DNA of 64,000 nucleotides from Yuukianura sp. NJ FZ-2021 (taxonomy: Eukaryota), in assembly GCA_046563655.1 (NCBI GenBank), contig CM102283.1, forward strand, positions 4,650,001-4,714,000, in the 5' to 3' direction. Of the stretch, positions 12,924 through 24,315 are shown piece after piece. Below the pieces are notes generated by a model, which saw only the letters and a list, made by a program, of their open reading frames with translations, made no database searches and was not told the DNA's origin. A program made the position numbers and the translations under genes. Numbering within the stretch: position 1 is the stretch's first letter; the number at the start of each line of letters is the position of its first letter.

Positions 12924-15900
12924 TTAAATTGGCTTATATATATTGACCAAATCCTGACCAAATCGGAGAGATTCAACTGGGGAAATGAAATATCCAGACT
13001 TGTCTTCCAACGCGGAAAGGCTCTGCTTGCAGACGGTTGTGGTGTATACTCTGTGTTCCATGCTTCGAATTGTAGTCATTCTTACGCTGAGTGAAGATGA
13101 CTCATCCAGCACACGAAGATAGTCATCAAAACGGAGTTGATTCTTCACCGCAGCTCTCACCGTACCCTTGGCCTTTTTACGGTCCGAGACGATGCTATTC
13201 TGGTCCAGAGAGCGGACGCAGTATAGTTTTGGCTTGAGTGCTACCACCTCAGTTACAATTGAGTTGGCAAACTCGTCTTTGAAGTAGCCGCACTTTCCTT
13301 GATGTTGGTTAGAAGATAAGTGTCCGAGGGTGGGATGCTTGGGATCATAGTTGGAAGTGTCGAGCCGGCAGTCTGGATCTTGCGTCATTTGGTAAAAATC
13401 TTGGTAGAGATCTGGAGTCTTGATGTGCAAGAGGAGGCTGTCCGTGTCCGTCATAACCAGCCTCATGTTCTCTCCATACTTTTTCTGCATCACATTGTAG
13501 TAGAAATCGTACATGATTCGTTTGCTATCATCCAAAACTGTTAATCCAGCACTGATGTGCTTGTTTAAGCAAACAGAGAGCTTTTTCATCATGAACATGA
13601 CACACTCTTCGTGTAAAATTTTGAAACGTTTCACAGTTGGTTTTTTTCCATACTCAAAAACTTTTTGACGAGTCAGCGCAATGTTAATTCTCTTGTGCTT
13701 TCTAACATTTTGCAAAAGTTTCCCAAACACAATGTTACCCATTGCTTTCCAAAATTTCACATCAACCAGATTTGTGGCACTTCTCCTTCTCTGGATGCAC
13801 ATTTCAATGTAGGGGCGCATAAGATGTGCTTGCGTGAATCGGAGGGCTCGATGTACTTTTGTCATCTTCAGCCCCAACTGCAAAAACAACTTGAGTAGTC
13901 TGTAGTGGATAATGTAATTTTTCTTTGGGTAAAACGTCCCCAACAGTTTGGATTTGTTTACTGAGGTCGGACTAACACCCAAATTATCCATCACGTTTTT
14001 TGTGTAGGGGGACAAGTTTTCATATTCAATGATTCCCCGTTCTACTGCCAGTGGATAGTCATTGTGCTGATCGTGCAGTTCATCCGGATAGTCTAAATCC
14101 ACTTCCAAAATGAGCCCTTCTCTGTCCTCATCTCCCATCCTCAAAATTCTCGCAACTGCACTCTCCAAATCTGCGGTTCGTGCCTCGAAGCTCGGATCCC
14201 AACGGAAATTCTTCCAGGGAACGTAGCATCTCAAACATGTACTGTATAAAAGATTTGCGTCGAACAAGCACAGGTAGCTGGTTGGTTTCGATGGGTCGTA
14301 TTGAGCTCCCATGTAAGGATTGTTCGCTTTGGCATGTCGAAGTCCTACGGCACAGTTTCCTCCGCGAATTCCCATCTCACACCACACGTACATGTCATCT
14401 ACTTTCAAGTAGTCATAATCGACTCTTCCAATCAACATTGCAGCATCGTATGCAATTCCTGGAAGGGTGACGTAATGAGCGGGGTCTAAGCGGAAATTTG
14501 TAATCATCGTATCTCTCAAGTCCTGGAAGCAATCGGCCAACAAGCAAACATCCAATTTCACATAAAGGTTGTGGTAGTCTCTCAAGGTTCTACATCCAAA
14601 CTCTTCCCAAACCTTCATTGCCCTTTCGTAATCTTCGTCTGAAATTCCTTCTCCCCTCAGTTCACTGTAGAATGCTTCCTTGTCTGGCAGTCCAGTTTCA
14701 TCCATCCTTCCAAAACTGTCCATGTACTCGTATGGGTAGACCCCCTTCTGAAGCAGAAAAGACATTGCTCTTGGATGATGACGAAATGCACTTTTGGTCA
14801 CTTGGAACTTGTTCACATCCTTCTTCGCCATCATTTCCACCAAGTCTGCCAAGCTGGAACTGATAAACTGATAAGAGTCTAAAAACTTCAGTGCATTTCC
14901 GGCATGAGTTGTACACTCCATGGATGTAAACTTTTCCTCAGACGTTGGTAGTGGTAAAACATGTTTGAACAAGTTGCTTTTCAACGCTTGAACTATGAAG
15001 TGAGAGTCATAGTTTCGAAAATTGTGAAAAATGATGGGGATTTTTTTGGTAACTTGAAGTTGTAAGTTGCAGTTGTTACAACTCACTCCTCTGATACGCC
15101 CCGTGAGGTGACAGTGGTCAATTACTGTGTCTCTCACATTTTGAAACTGAACACCACAGTGGATGCAGTTTGTGGCTGCCGTTCTCATATTATAAAAATC
15201 GATTTCAGTGTATGATGGGTCACGTACAACATCTTGTTTCAATTTTAAAAAATATTGTTCAGTGACGTTCACCAAATCTTCCAGCAAATGCTGAGCAGCG
15301 TTTCGACCGCAAAAGGTCAATGGTTCCTCACACATCCTCCCGGTTGGTCCTACAACAACAAAACTGTAGCCACAGTCTACGTGTTCGTTGAGCACAGTTC
15401 CAATTCGCTTTGCTCCGCTTTCTGGTCGTAAAATGCACTCAAAGTCACAGACAATTACAAACGACACAGGTAGTGTATGACGAATGTGCTTGAATGTATA
15501 CTTAAATTCTGGTGGAAAGCATACACCCTGTGGTTCTACTGCGGCACAGGAAATTTGATGTCTGTCCAGCGTCACTTTTGATCGCCAGAAGTGGAGACAA
15601 AAATTGCAAATAAACTTCTCAGCACGCACTTGCTCTCTTCCCAGAAGCCGAGATAACCCAAAAGATGGATTTTCGTCCGTTTGTTTAAGTAAAACGAAAT
15701 GCGAATCACTTCCGTCTATGAGTAGTAGTAGATCTATGTGCTTTTCCCTCTTTTCTTGACATACATGAAGTGGGAATACTTTCAGCTTCTGTTTCGCGTA
15801 ATTCGGATCCAACTCATCTCTGTGTTCATACTCATACACATTCACTGACAACCTTGGATTAAAGTGGTGAAACTTGTCCATTTGGTCTAGGTCCATCGGA

Positions 15901-17377
15901 AAGTTGACGCATTCCCAGTCCACGGTGTTTGGAAAATTGTCGTAGCTTCTGGGGTTTACGACAGGATACCATGGAGTTGATCCATTCTTATATAACGGAT
16001 ATAATTCGGACAAAATGGCATACTTGAAGCAGAATTCGTCAACATTTCTAATATTCACAACACAACCCTTTCGTCTCATATTTCCTGGCGTGGGTATCCA
16101 ACCGCGTCCTCGTTGCATTTGATAAACAGAAAACTTGAACGTAATCAATTTGAATCGACTCACTCTCCAACCGGATCCCTTCCTCAGAAATGCTGCAATC
16201 GTGTCTCCAATTTTGTTTGACATTAACCGAATGGCGTTTTGAATCATCCGTGGTTGCAAACAGACCTGTGCAAAAAAACTAAATGGGTAGTCTTCCACTT
16301 GATGCTCATCAGGATTATCACGGAGTTCTCGTGTCATTTCCACGAGTGCAACACTTGTCACCAAATACGACCCAATTTCGTCATGAATCCTTGTCATCAA
16401 CTCCCTCAGGGTCTCCAAGCAATGTGAAAACACGCCACGCACGTCCACAAACACATTCTCCTCAAATCTTGTCGTATACTCGCGAGTTGTACCTCCAAAA
16501 GCAACCACTTCATCAAAAGGTACGCGATTGAGTGGAGCACTACCACCTTGTTGATTTTGAGTAACATTTCGGCTATATATTTCGGGATGAGCGAGGAATT
16601 GATGCTCATCTAAATGTCCCGCAAATTCAATGTTTATTCAACATTGGGCACAAAACCTCCTCTGATAGTTTCGTAATTCCAAAGCTTCTGGATCTGTGAT
16701 TTCATTGAAAACAAATTTGGTTCACAAATTTCCAACAAAAAAAAACAAATTTTTTTGGCTTACCTTCAATTTCGACAACATGCTGCGGCATCGGAGAACC
16801 TGGCGACCTTGAACTCCTTGAACCAACAGCAAATCCTAAAAACAGAACGGTGAATGTCTTCCCCACCACAAAATAACATATTTGCTTCTTTTCTTACCTG
16901 ATAATCGAATGCTTGGATGAACTTGTTTCAGATGAGTTATAAAGTCTCGTTCTCTAAGTCCTCTCAGGTTACAGGTTTCACAACCGAAAAGCCTCTCGCA
17001 AAATGGTTCCCTTCTGGGATTATCTTGAACTCGGGTATCTTGTGACAAAAGGGATATTGTACAACTGCTCCCAACCAACATTGCTTAATATTTAACGAAT
17101 ATTATGCTATTGTTCTAAGCATACCTGGTATGCCAAAATTTTGAGAGGTACTCCGGACGTGAGGCAAATCTTGATTTTGTATATCTTTTAACAGTACGCC
17201 TAATGTTCAAAAGATTTTGTTTCAAGAAAGCACGGAATATACTATTGTGTTAAACTTACCTGGAATTTCAATGTCAGGATGAATACTTTGGACATGATTC
17301 AAGAATTCTGGTGCGCTTAAGTTACCCAAAGCGCATCTTTCGCACGTATACAAAGTCGAGCTACTGTAACCAGACAT
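12924..17377 (-). CDS. Spliced protein-primed DNA polymerase B (Polinton/Maverick/adintovirus-type) with three N-terminal C2H2 zinc fingers; ~1391 codons with one in-frame TGA (16638-16640)
   Basis: ORF 12924-16508 has Exo I CDFE, Exo II HNFRNYD, Exo III YVKLD, Pol A FDANLLYS, Pol B KAMGNIVFGK and Pol C TDTDS. It also has an EndoVII/HNH insert (CIHC...DHCHLTGRIRGVSCNNCN) and a vOTU-like segment (NIRNVDEFCF...SHFVL). Predicted exons are 17377-17260, 17199-17125, 17038-16898, 16835-16764 and 16693-12924, all joined by GT-AG phase-1 introns in frame. The polymerase identity is high confidence; the splice model is inferred. Confidence 0.85.
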
Positions 17378-17571
17378 TTTTCTAGTGCATGTGTACAGCT
17401 TCCAAGTTTGCCACCAACTAAACTCACTCAAATGTATGTATTTCCTTTTTGGCAAGTTTGCAGCAAAGTACCAGAAAACCTCCCCACGTAATTTCCTCCC
17501 AAGTCACAAGGATAGAAAAACATTTGTGTGAGTGAGAGCGAAGTGCAAAGAGGGCATATTCCCACGCTCGA

Positions 17572-18711
17572 GTGAGAAGAGTGAGTATGAGATCATCGTC
17601 TAGAGAACTCCGCCAGTGCATGTGCACTGGCGGATCTCAAACTCAAAAACGAGGTCATGGTTTGTTTACATTTTTTGGTAGTAGTCCCTACGTGCTTACT
17701 ACTACTGCCAGGGAATTGGATGTTCAACCAAAAGAAGTCATTGCTGACAGTACTTGTGCTCAGTTGGTCAAGGAAGTGCCAAAAGATAAGTTAAGTGTGG
17801 AGAAAGTCATTGGAAGTAATGTTTTGTCATTGTTAGTCACCCACCCTAAGGTGGGTGGAGTCTCGGAAGTTGTTCATCCAACTTCTATTATGCCAGAAGT
17901 GACTCTGGATTTATCCGTATTTGACTGGGATACCCCAATTACTAAAGAAGATGTACAAAGAATGGAAGCGGAAGTTGCTCAACCAACTTCCAAAAGTGTA
18001 GATAGTTGTGCTACTGTGCCTAAAGTACATTTGGATTTGTCTGTTTTCGATTGGGACACACCAATCACGAAAGAGGATATTGCCAAGATGGAGGTGGAAG
18101 TTGCTAAAACAACTTCCCAAAATGTAAATATTTGTGCTCCAGTGCTTGTGGATATTGACGGTTTATCGGATGTCTCCGATCTGTCAGATGTTTCCGATGA
18201 ACCAATGCAGAAGGAAGTTGCTGATTCGGAAGTGGAAGGTGAGTGCAACGTCCAGGAATTTAGTGATAGTGATGACGGTGAGATGTTGATTGTCACCGTC
18301 TCGGAAGATGATCTTCGTGAGGTGGTAGGAATACCACAAGAAATTGTTCCGAATGTGGTACACGAACCACAAGTTCCAGAGGAAAACCCCCCAGAAGTGA
18401 TGGATGCTGAGGAAGAGGAGCCGCAGGAGGAAGTTGCTGCAGCAGAAGGACGAGTACGACGAAATCGTCAAAACTGCCCCCATCGTGGAAGCGAGCGGCA
18501 TAGTGATGTGATGTTTTGCCGATTTCGTCATCTGCCAGAAGCTGAGGCCAGGAGACGTCATCGCAGGCGGCGGCTCAACATGAATCGTCGCCGGGATTTG
18601 CGGATTCGTGCCGGGGAGGAACGTTTGCAACGTGAGGCGGAGCGAGCATCCCGAGAGGTAGCTGAGTTGGGAGATCGTGTCCCGAGGAATGCCCCGGAAC
18701 CCGCTCTTTAG
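17572..18711 (+). CDS. Unknown ~360-380 aa protein: tandem 42-aa repeat, acidic middle, Cys/His and Arg-rich C-terminus
   Basis: Long uninterrupted ORF divergent from the pPolB gene. Motif LDLSVFDWDTPITKED occurs twice, and AATAAA lies downstream at ~18975. The start is uncertain (ATG at 17587 or 17620). Confidence 0.65.
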   Translation: MRRVSMRSSSRELRQCMCTGGSQTQKRGHGLFTFFGSSPYVLTTTARELDVQPKEVIADSTCAQLVKEVPKDKLSVEKVIGSNVLSLLVTHPKVGGVSEVVHPTSIMPEVTLDLSVFDWDTPITKEDVQRMEAEVAQPTSKSVDSCATVPKVHLDLSVFDWDTPITKEDIAKMEVEVAKTTSQNVNICAPVLVDIDGLSDVSDLSDVSDEPMQKEVADSEVEGECNVQEFSDSDDGEMLIVTVSEDDLREVVGIPQEIVPNVVHEPQVPEENPPEVMDAEEEEPQEEVAAAEGRVRRNRQNCPHRGSERHSDVMFCRFRHLPEAEARRRHRRRRLNMNRRRDLRIRAGEERLQREAERASREVAELGDRVPRNAPEPAL

Positions 18712-19189
18712 AAGGAGGAAGGTGAAGTGCCCCGTGTTCCCCCGATTTAGGTTAGGGTCATTTGCCATTGAGGTTAGGGTGTGGCCCTAGATTAGTTTAG
18801 GTTAGTGTAGTTACGGTAGTGGTTAATCTTAGCGTTAGTGAGATTTGGTTTAGCGCTCAGCGCGAGATTCGGTTTTAGAGTTAGTGTTGAGAGAAGAGGA
18901 GACTGGTTGTGCCAGTCAGTCGGGATTTGGTGTTCATCTCAGCCAGAGCTGAAGATCTGTATTTTAGTGCACAAATAAATATCTTTTATATTTATTTGTC
19001 TTCGAGTCTTCGTGTTGTTTCTTTGGTGTCCCTTATGGTCCTCAGTTTCGTTGCATGAGCCCGGCAGTGCTCGAATCGATTGTCTGGAGGCCATTTTTGG
19101 CAGTTTGTCGTAGCACGAGGTGCTACAGGTGTCAAGAATGGGGCCGAATCTGTAGGTCATGCTGTTAGAATCTATATCAACTCGCCACA

Positions 19190-19650
19190 CTCCTCTGCCA
19201 AATTGATGCTCAAGTTTGACTTCAAAAACGCATTCAACCTCCTCAGACAAGATTAAATGCTGCTAGCTGTCAAGACTCAGTTCCCGCAGTTTCATCACTT
19301 CGTTACCCAATGTTATTCCGCTGACTCAAACCTATACTACGGTTCTTTTCGCATCAAGTCCAGCCTTGGTGTTCAGCAGGGGGATCCACTTGGGCAAGCC
19401 TTGTTTGCATCCACTTGCCACTTCTATCAGGTCCGAATACAATGTTTCGTACCTAGACGACGCGACAATCGCCGACTCTCCTGATTCTGTCCTCTGCCAT
19501 CTGATAGAAATTGACAGGAAAGCAGCTTCCTTTGGCATGGAACTTAACACAAAAAAATGCGAAATCATCGTCATCGGCGCATCCCAGTCTGAGTCCCAAA
19601 CAATTGTTACCCGCTTCCGTTCTGTCGCCCCGTACTATTGGCATATGTGA
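19190..19650 (+). mobile_element. Degenerate non-LTR retrotransposon reverse transcriptase fragment (CRE-clade-like)
   Basis: Pieces LMLKFDFKNAFN, GVQQGDPLG, SYLDDATI and ELNTKKCE occur in RT order, with an in-frame stop and a frameshift. Confidence 0.85.
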
Positions 19651-19811
19651 CGAACAAAATGACGAACCGTCCATAACCCGCAAGTTATGGTTCCCATGTT
19701 TTCCCACACAGCACAACTGATTCAAATTTCTACGTTTCGAAGGACCATGCAATCGATACACAGTTGGTTTGCACCGACTGTATATGGCAAGGATGAGCAA
19801 GGAAAAATACG

Positions 19812-19884
19812 TGGCTGGAGTGGGACTCGAACCCACATCATTACCATTCCGGGGTAACCGCTCTCACCATTGAGCTACCCAGAC
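19812..19884 (-). ncRNA. tRNA-derived sequence (SINE head or tRNA pseudogene)
   Basis: Minus strand reads GTCTGGGTAGCTCAATGGTGAGAGCGGTTACCCCGGAATGGTAATGATGTGGGTTCGAGTCCCACTCCAGCC. It has an A box (TAGCTCAATGG), a B box (GGTTCGAGTCC), a T-stem GTGGG/CCCAC and an anticodon stem TTACC/GGTAA. The loop has C in place of U33 and the acceptor stem has a mismatch. Confidence 0.75.
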
Positions 19885-20823
19885 ACAGTACTTTCCTGCT
19901 CTTAAATCCTGCCTTTTAACCCGAACAGCCATTGCTTTTTTCAGTGAAATTAAAGTTAGCTTTAGGATACTAGTACATATGATTGAAGTAAAATATAATG
20001 TAGAACATGAAAATGATGTTGTCGGTTCTCCCTTTGTCCCCTTGACCCACATTGGCTTTTTTGATGCACCGCTCCTAAATGCGTGCAATTTTATAATTAT
20101 CAGCCTTAGCTTGTACTTGAGAAACTGTTCAGACTGGCAAATTGTCCGACTAAAAGAGTTAAAAGTTCATATTGGGGAATGTGATCCAATCAGAGGGAGG
20201 GGATAGTTAACCTCTCTGTGGCCGCATTGACCCACAAATTTTAATGCCCACATGACACCTTTTCGTCAGAATCGCAGATATCTCAGTGCAAACACCTTAC
20301 GGAAACACGTGCAAACACACGATTGCCATTGTGTCGATCCTTACATACTCCCCTCCCAGGAGCAGTGGCGATACTGAGGATAAGTGTTGTGCAAACGGGG
20401 CTGTCGGAGACTCAATGGGCGGGGCCTACTTATCCTCAGGGGTCACGGGAGTTCGTCACTGTGGGTACACATGTTTGTCTCAAGCGCGCCAAAACGCGTT
20501 TTTAAATTTTGAAAACAATAGGTGTAATAATTAAAAATAATACTTTTAATTAAATTTTTTACCCCCGTTTTGAACCCTTGCGATTAAGATCTCCTAAAAT
20601 TAGGTATATTTGACCTTATTGTGACCTACTAATTTATGGAGCAAAAGTCAAATTTTACGTAAAATCGTCAGTGGCCCCATAGGAGTTAAAGACTCCCCCT
20701 GAGCTGGCTCGGCGTCAGGGCTTAATTTCCATCAGAGCGATATCAAACTGCTTTCGGTATAGCCTACTCTGTTCGCTCTACGGAGATGAAATTCTAAGTG
20801 CAGGAAGGGTAAAACGAACGAGG

Positions 20824-23346
20824 TTGGGCTACAAAGACGACATAGAGGGAAAGGATGTAAAAGCAGTTTTGGAGAATCCGATGTTATATGTTGACTTTGT
20901 ACATTGGATTAACCCAGACTACCTAGGTCATGACCAAGGAGTTTCACTGGAAGAAATTGATTTAGAAGAGGCAAGCCTTCCCACCATATCTGTTACGGTA
21001 TATGGACAAGTAGGCGCAAATCCTGTTGTACTGCGTGCAACAAAAGAAAGGCACCAAAAACATACCAACTTGTAGCTTATAAAACCCCCGGATCAAGATT
21101 TGTATCACTATATTTACATAAGAGACTTCTCTGCATTTCAAGGAAAGCATCAAGTTAAGCGACACGATTATTGTGGAATGTATCAGAAACGCTTCCACAA
21201 AAGGACCAATGCTGAAAGCGCACACAATTGTGGAGAAAATTCCCTCGTTGCTTAAATTCTCCATATTTGATTCTCTCTTGTTTGCTCCTTTTGTCATTTA
21301 TTTCAAATTCTTCTATCTACGGATTGGCAAAACCCAGTTACAGTTGAGTAATACAACAATGAATAAGAAGGTAATATAGGAATTTGCCTATTGTCTAGTC
21401 ACAGTCGAAGAAGGAGGGACAACGGAAGGGTCCTTGTACCAAGGAGAAGATTGTGCAGAGCAATTTTTCACTACACTCGTCGACTTGGGGAAAAACGTAA
21501 TTACAACTGTAAACAAACTAATAGGTTTGCGAATCCGGATGAAGAGATACTTCAAAGGTTCCACGCGAGAACGCATTGTCAAGTCTGCGGAGAACGTTTT
21601 TCGGATGAAAAGAATAGACTAAGGACTTTTCATCATGATCACTGGAGTGGTTTTGCTTTGCAGGTTGTCTGCACTGCCTGCAATTTGGCAGTAAAACCCA
21701 AGCTCTTGATTGCTGCATTGACTTTGTGTGAAAATCCAAACGAATTTAAATTTTTACTTAAAAAATATGGACCTAAAGAAGGATCAATTGATCCAATTCG
21801 TAGAAAATCTGGAGAGCACATTGGGCTAAAATTCAAGGGCCAGCACACTTATCCAAAATCCAACATGAACTATTCAGTAAGAATGACGGCTGTGGGAAAT
21901 TTCGGGCAGGATACAAAGCTCGCGCAGTTAGTTTCGGAAATGTCAGGTTCCCAAACAGGCTTTAGAGTCTTTAAGCAAACGTTTGGCAGAGATGCAGTAC
22001 CATCAGAATATGTTATTCAGGATCCAAACTTTTATCCAGCGTTCCAAACTGTAGGAGATTTTATAGACAAACAGTCACAATCATTCAAAAAAATCCGCAA
22101 GCTTTGACTGTGAGATTCCTCTTCTACAAATGCAAATTTCGAATATTGATTTTGTTAGGCATTTCTGTAACGACGAAACGGCCTTGATCGCCGATACTTT
22201 TGAAGAAATTAGAACTTCATTTTTTAGTGAGTACAAGTTGGACTTGGCTTCTTATTGGAACATATCTTCATACGCAAAAGAGGCAGCTCTTTTGTGGGAA
22301 AGGGTGGAGCTTGAACCAGTGACATGTCCCGAAATTGCAGAAATGATTAAAAGGGGAACCTTCGGAGGTGTTATACAAACCACAAAACTAAAACCAATTG
22401 CAAATAGCGAAGGAAATTCAATTTTTAACCCGTTCCTTCCACCGAAAGAAGTTTGATATGCCGACATTTCGACATCTAATGGTAGTAGATTACTCGTACC
22501 TCATCGCCGTGTGAGTTGATTAGACAACTAAAAAAGAGCATGAACAACAACTTGGTTGGCAAGTTGCAAACTATCTATTCAGATTACCCCAATGTAAAGT
22601 TTATAGGGACCTCAGTAGAGGCAGTTGAGCTGCTTAAAAAACCAAGCTTTAAATCTTTTGACATAATCGATGAGAATATGACACTGTTTGCAAGTGTAAA
22701 AGAGGTTGCAGTTGACTCATATTTAAAACTAATCGCACTTGCTGTAATGTGCGACGCGAAACAAAGACTTTATGAGTTATTTTGGGATCATTTGAAAGTA
22801 ACGTTTGGATCCAACGTCTCTCACTGTTGTAGTCACAAAGACTCTATCATTTTTGAAGTCACACTTCCAAGAAAAGACGTTTTGCTGGGCTTAAAAAATT
22901 TGGGAAATGTGTTAGACTTTTCAAATTTAAACAAAGATCATTTTCTTTATAGTGAAATAAACAAGGGTGTGCCAGGGGTTCTCAAACTTTAGGGTGACCG
23001 ATACCTGGAATATTACTCCGCAGGTACAGTCCAATACTCGCTCCATTCAGGCATTGTACCAGCGGGAGGTGTGGTCTCGGAAACGATAAAAGCGAGCGGT
23101 ATCCCTCGCAAAGAAGCGGCAAACCTCAGACACGCAGATTTCAAAAGGCTCGCCGATGAAGGTGGACTTTCAGAAAAAGTCAAAATAAAAAGGGTGAAAG
23201 TGACAGAAAAGGCAATTTTGTCGGTGGAATTTGAAAGGTCGGGATTGGGGTTTATAACCTTTGGCCGGTATTTCATTTCAGATACCAAATCTCTCCCATT
23301 TGGTGATCGGAGAATCGACAAAATGCAAAACTGTATTTCAATTTAA
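20824..23346 (+). pseudogene. Second, highly diverged and broken pPolB paralogue
   Basis: Fragments are collinear with the first polymerase: TISVTVY (vOTU region), APFVIY (Exo I region), CQVC...HHDHWSG...CTACN (EndoVII), LDLASYWNISSYAKEAAL...RGTFGG, KSMNNNLVGK, HKDS, LDFSN, KASG and SLPFG. There are multiple stops and frameshifts and an apparent deletion around 22456-22516. Confidence 0.85.
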
Positions 23347-23522
23347 ATGTCAAACAAATGTTTAGCAATATGAACTTGAATGTCTCTTTTCTTAAAAATA
23401 AACTCGTAAAAAACATCGTCTCGACAAATACAACAATTAATCTTTTTAATTACTAATTCAAATTCCACACAAAACTTGTTGCGGAGTACTGCCGTCAATT
23501 ACAACAGAACAACCTGTTAACC

Positions 23523-23765
23523 AGCACCGCATATTCACAGGTACCACATGATAGAGTGCCACCGCTCATTCACACCCATCGCATGTTAAAGTAGCACCGC
23601 AAGTTAAAATGGCACCGTAAGATGGAATAGCACCGCTTATTGATAGGCACCGCATGTTAAAGAGGCACCGCATGTTAAAGAGGCACCGCATGTCAAAGTG
23701 GCACCGCATGTTAACGAGGCACCGTATATTAGATGGCGCCGTGCGTTAGATGGCACCCCATGTTG
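23523..23765. repeat. 17-18-bp minisatellite (GGCACCGCATGTTAAAGA consensus), ~13-14 degenerate units
   Basis: GCACCG recurs every 17-18 bp; the best-conserved units lie at 23646-23720. Confidence 0.9.
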
Positions 23766-24315
23766 GAAAAAGCCATACGTCTTCCGAACAAGAAGAAATG
23801 GAACGGACATCACCACATCTCAAAAACTTTCAATACATATTCAATTCCAGCCATCATACACATAAGTAAATGAAGGAAACGGGTGTGCATCACTCAGTCA
23901 CTGTGTCCTCACACTCTTTCCAATGCAAAAAGGCAAGAGGACGAGGAGCCTCGGCTCCCTGCTTTCCCCTTCCCTTTCCTAGCCTTCTCTTATCTCTCAC
24001 TGGAGCAAAAAATAGAAAACGCAAGGAATGGGATGCGTTAAACCGGAGTTGCATCAGTAGTATCCTTGCTAATTTTTACCCGGGTGTTTTCGTTTTGATT
24101 TTAGTCTATCTATTCGGTAACCTTACGCTACAGCCTAGGCTTTTCATTTGCCGTGAGGCAAAAGAAAAGCCTAGTATACAATAAAATCTTCTTCATGCTT
24201 TAAAAACCTTCCCTACAGGACAAAAATGCTCCCCTTGTATTAAAAATATAGTGCATCTGCTATACGGGCTCCGCTCAAGGTTACTATAGCAACCATTTAT
24301 AAAAATGGCGTAAGA

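Noticed and set aside
13320-16531. Short plus-strand ORFs overlapping the polymerase (and similar antisense ORFs over TAF5, SUCO and chaoptin)
   Set aside because: Antisense shadows of real coding sequence with no recognisable motifs.
19812-19884. Functional tRNA-Ser(GGA)
   Set aside because: It lacks U33 and the long variable arm, has an acceptor-stem mismatch, and lies in TE debris.
12321-23765. Complete Polinton/Maverick or endogenous adintovirus
   Set aside because: No integrase, capsid, ATPase, adenain, TIR or 6-bp TSD could be recognised in the window.
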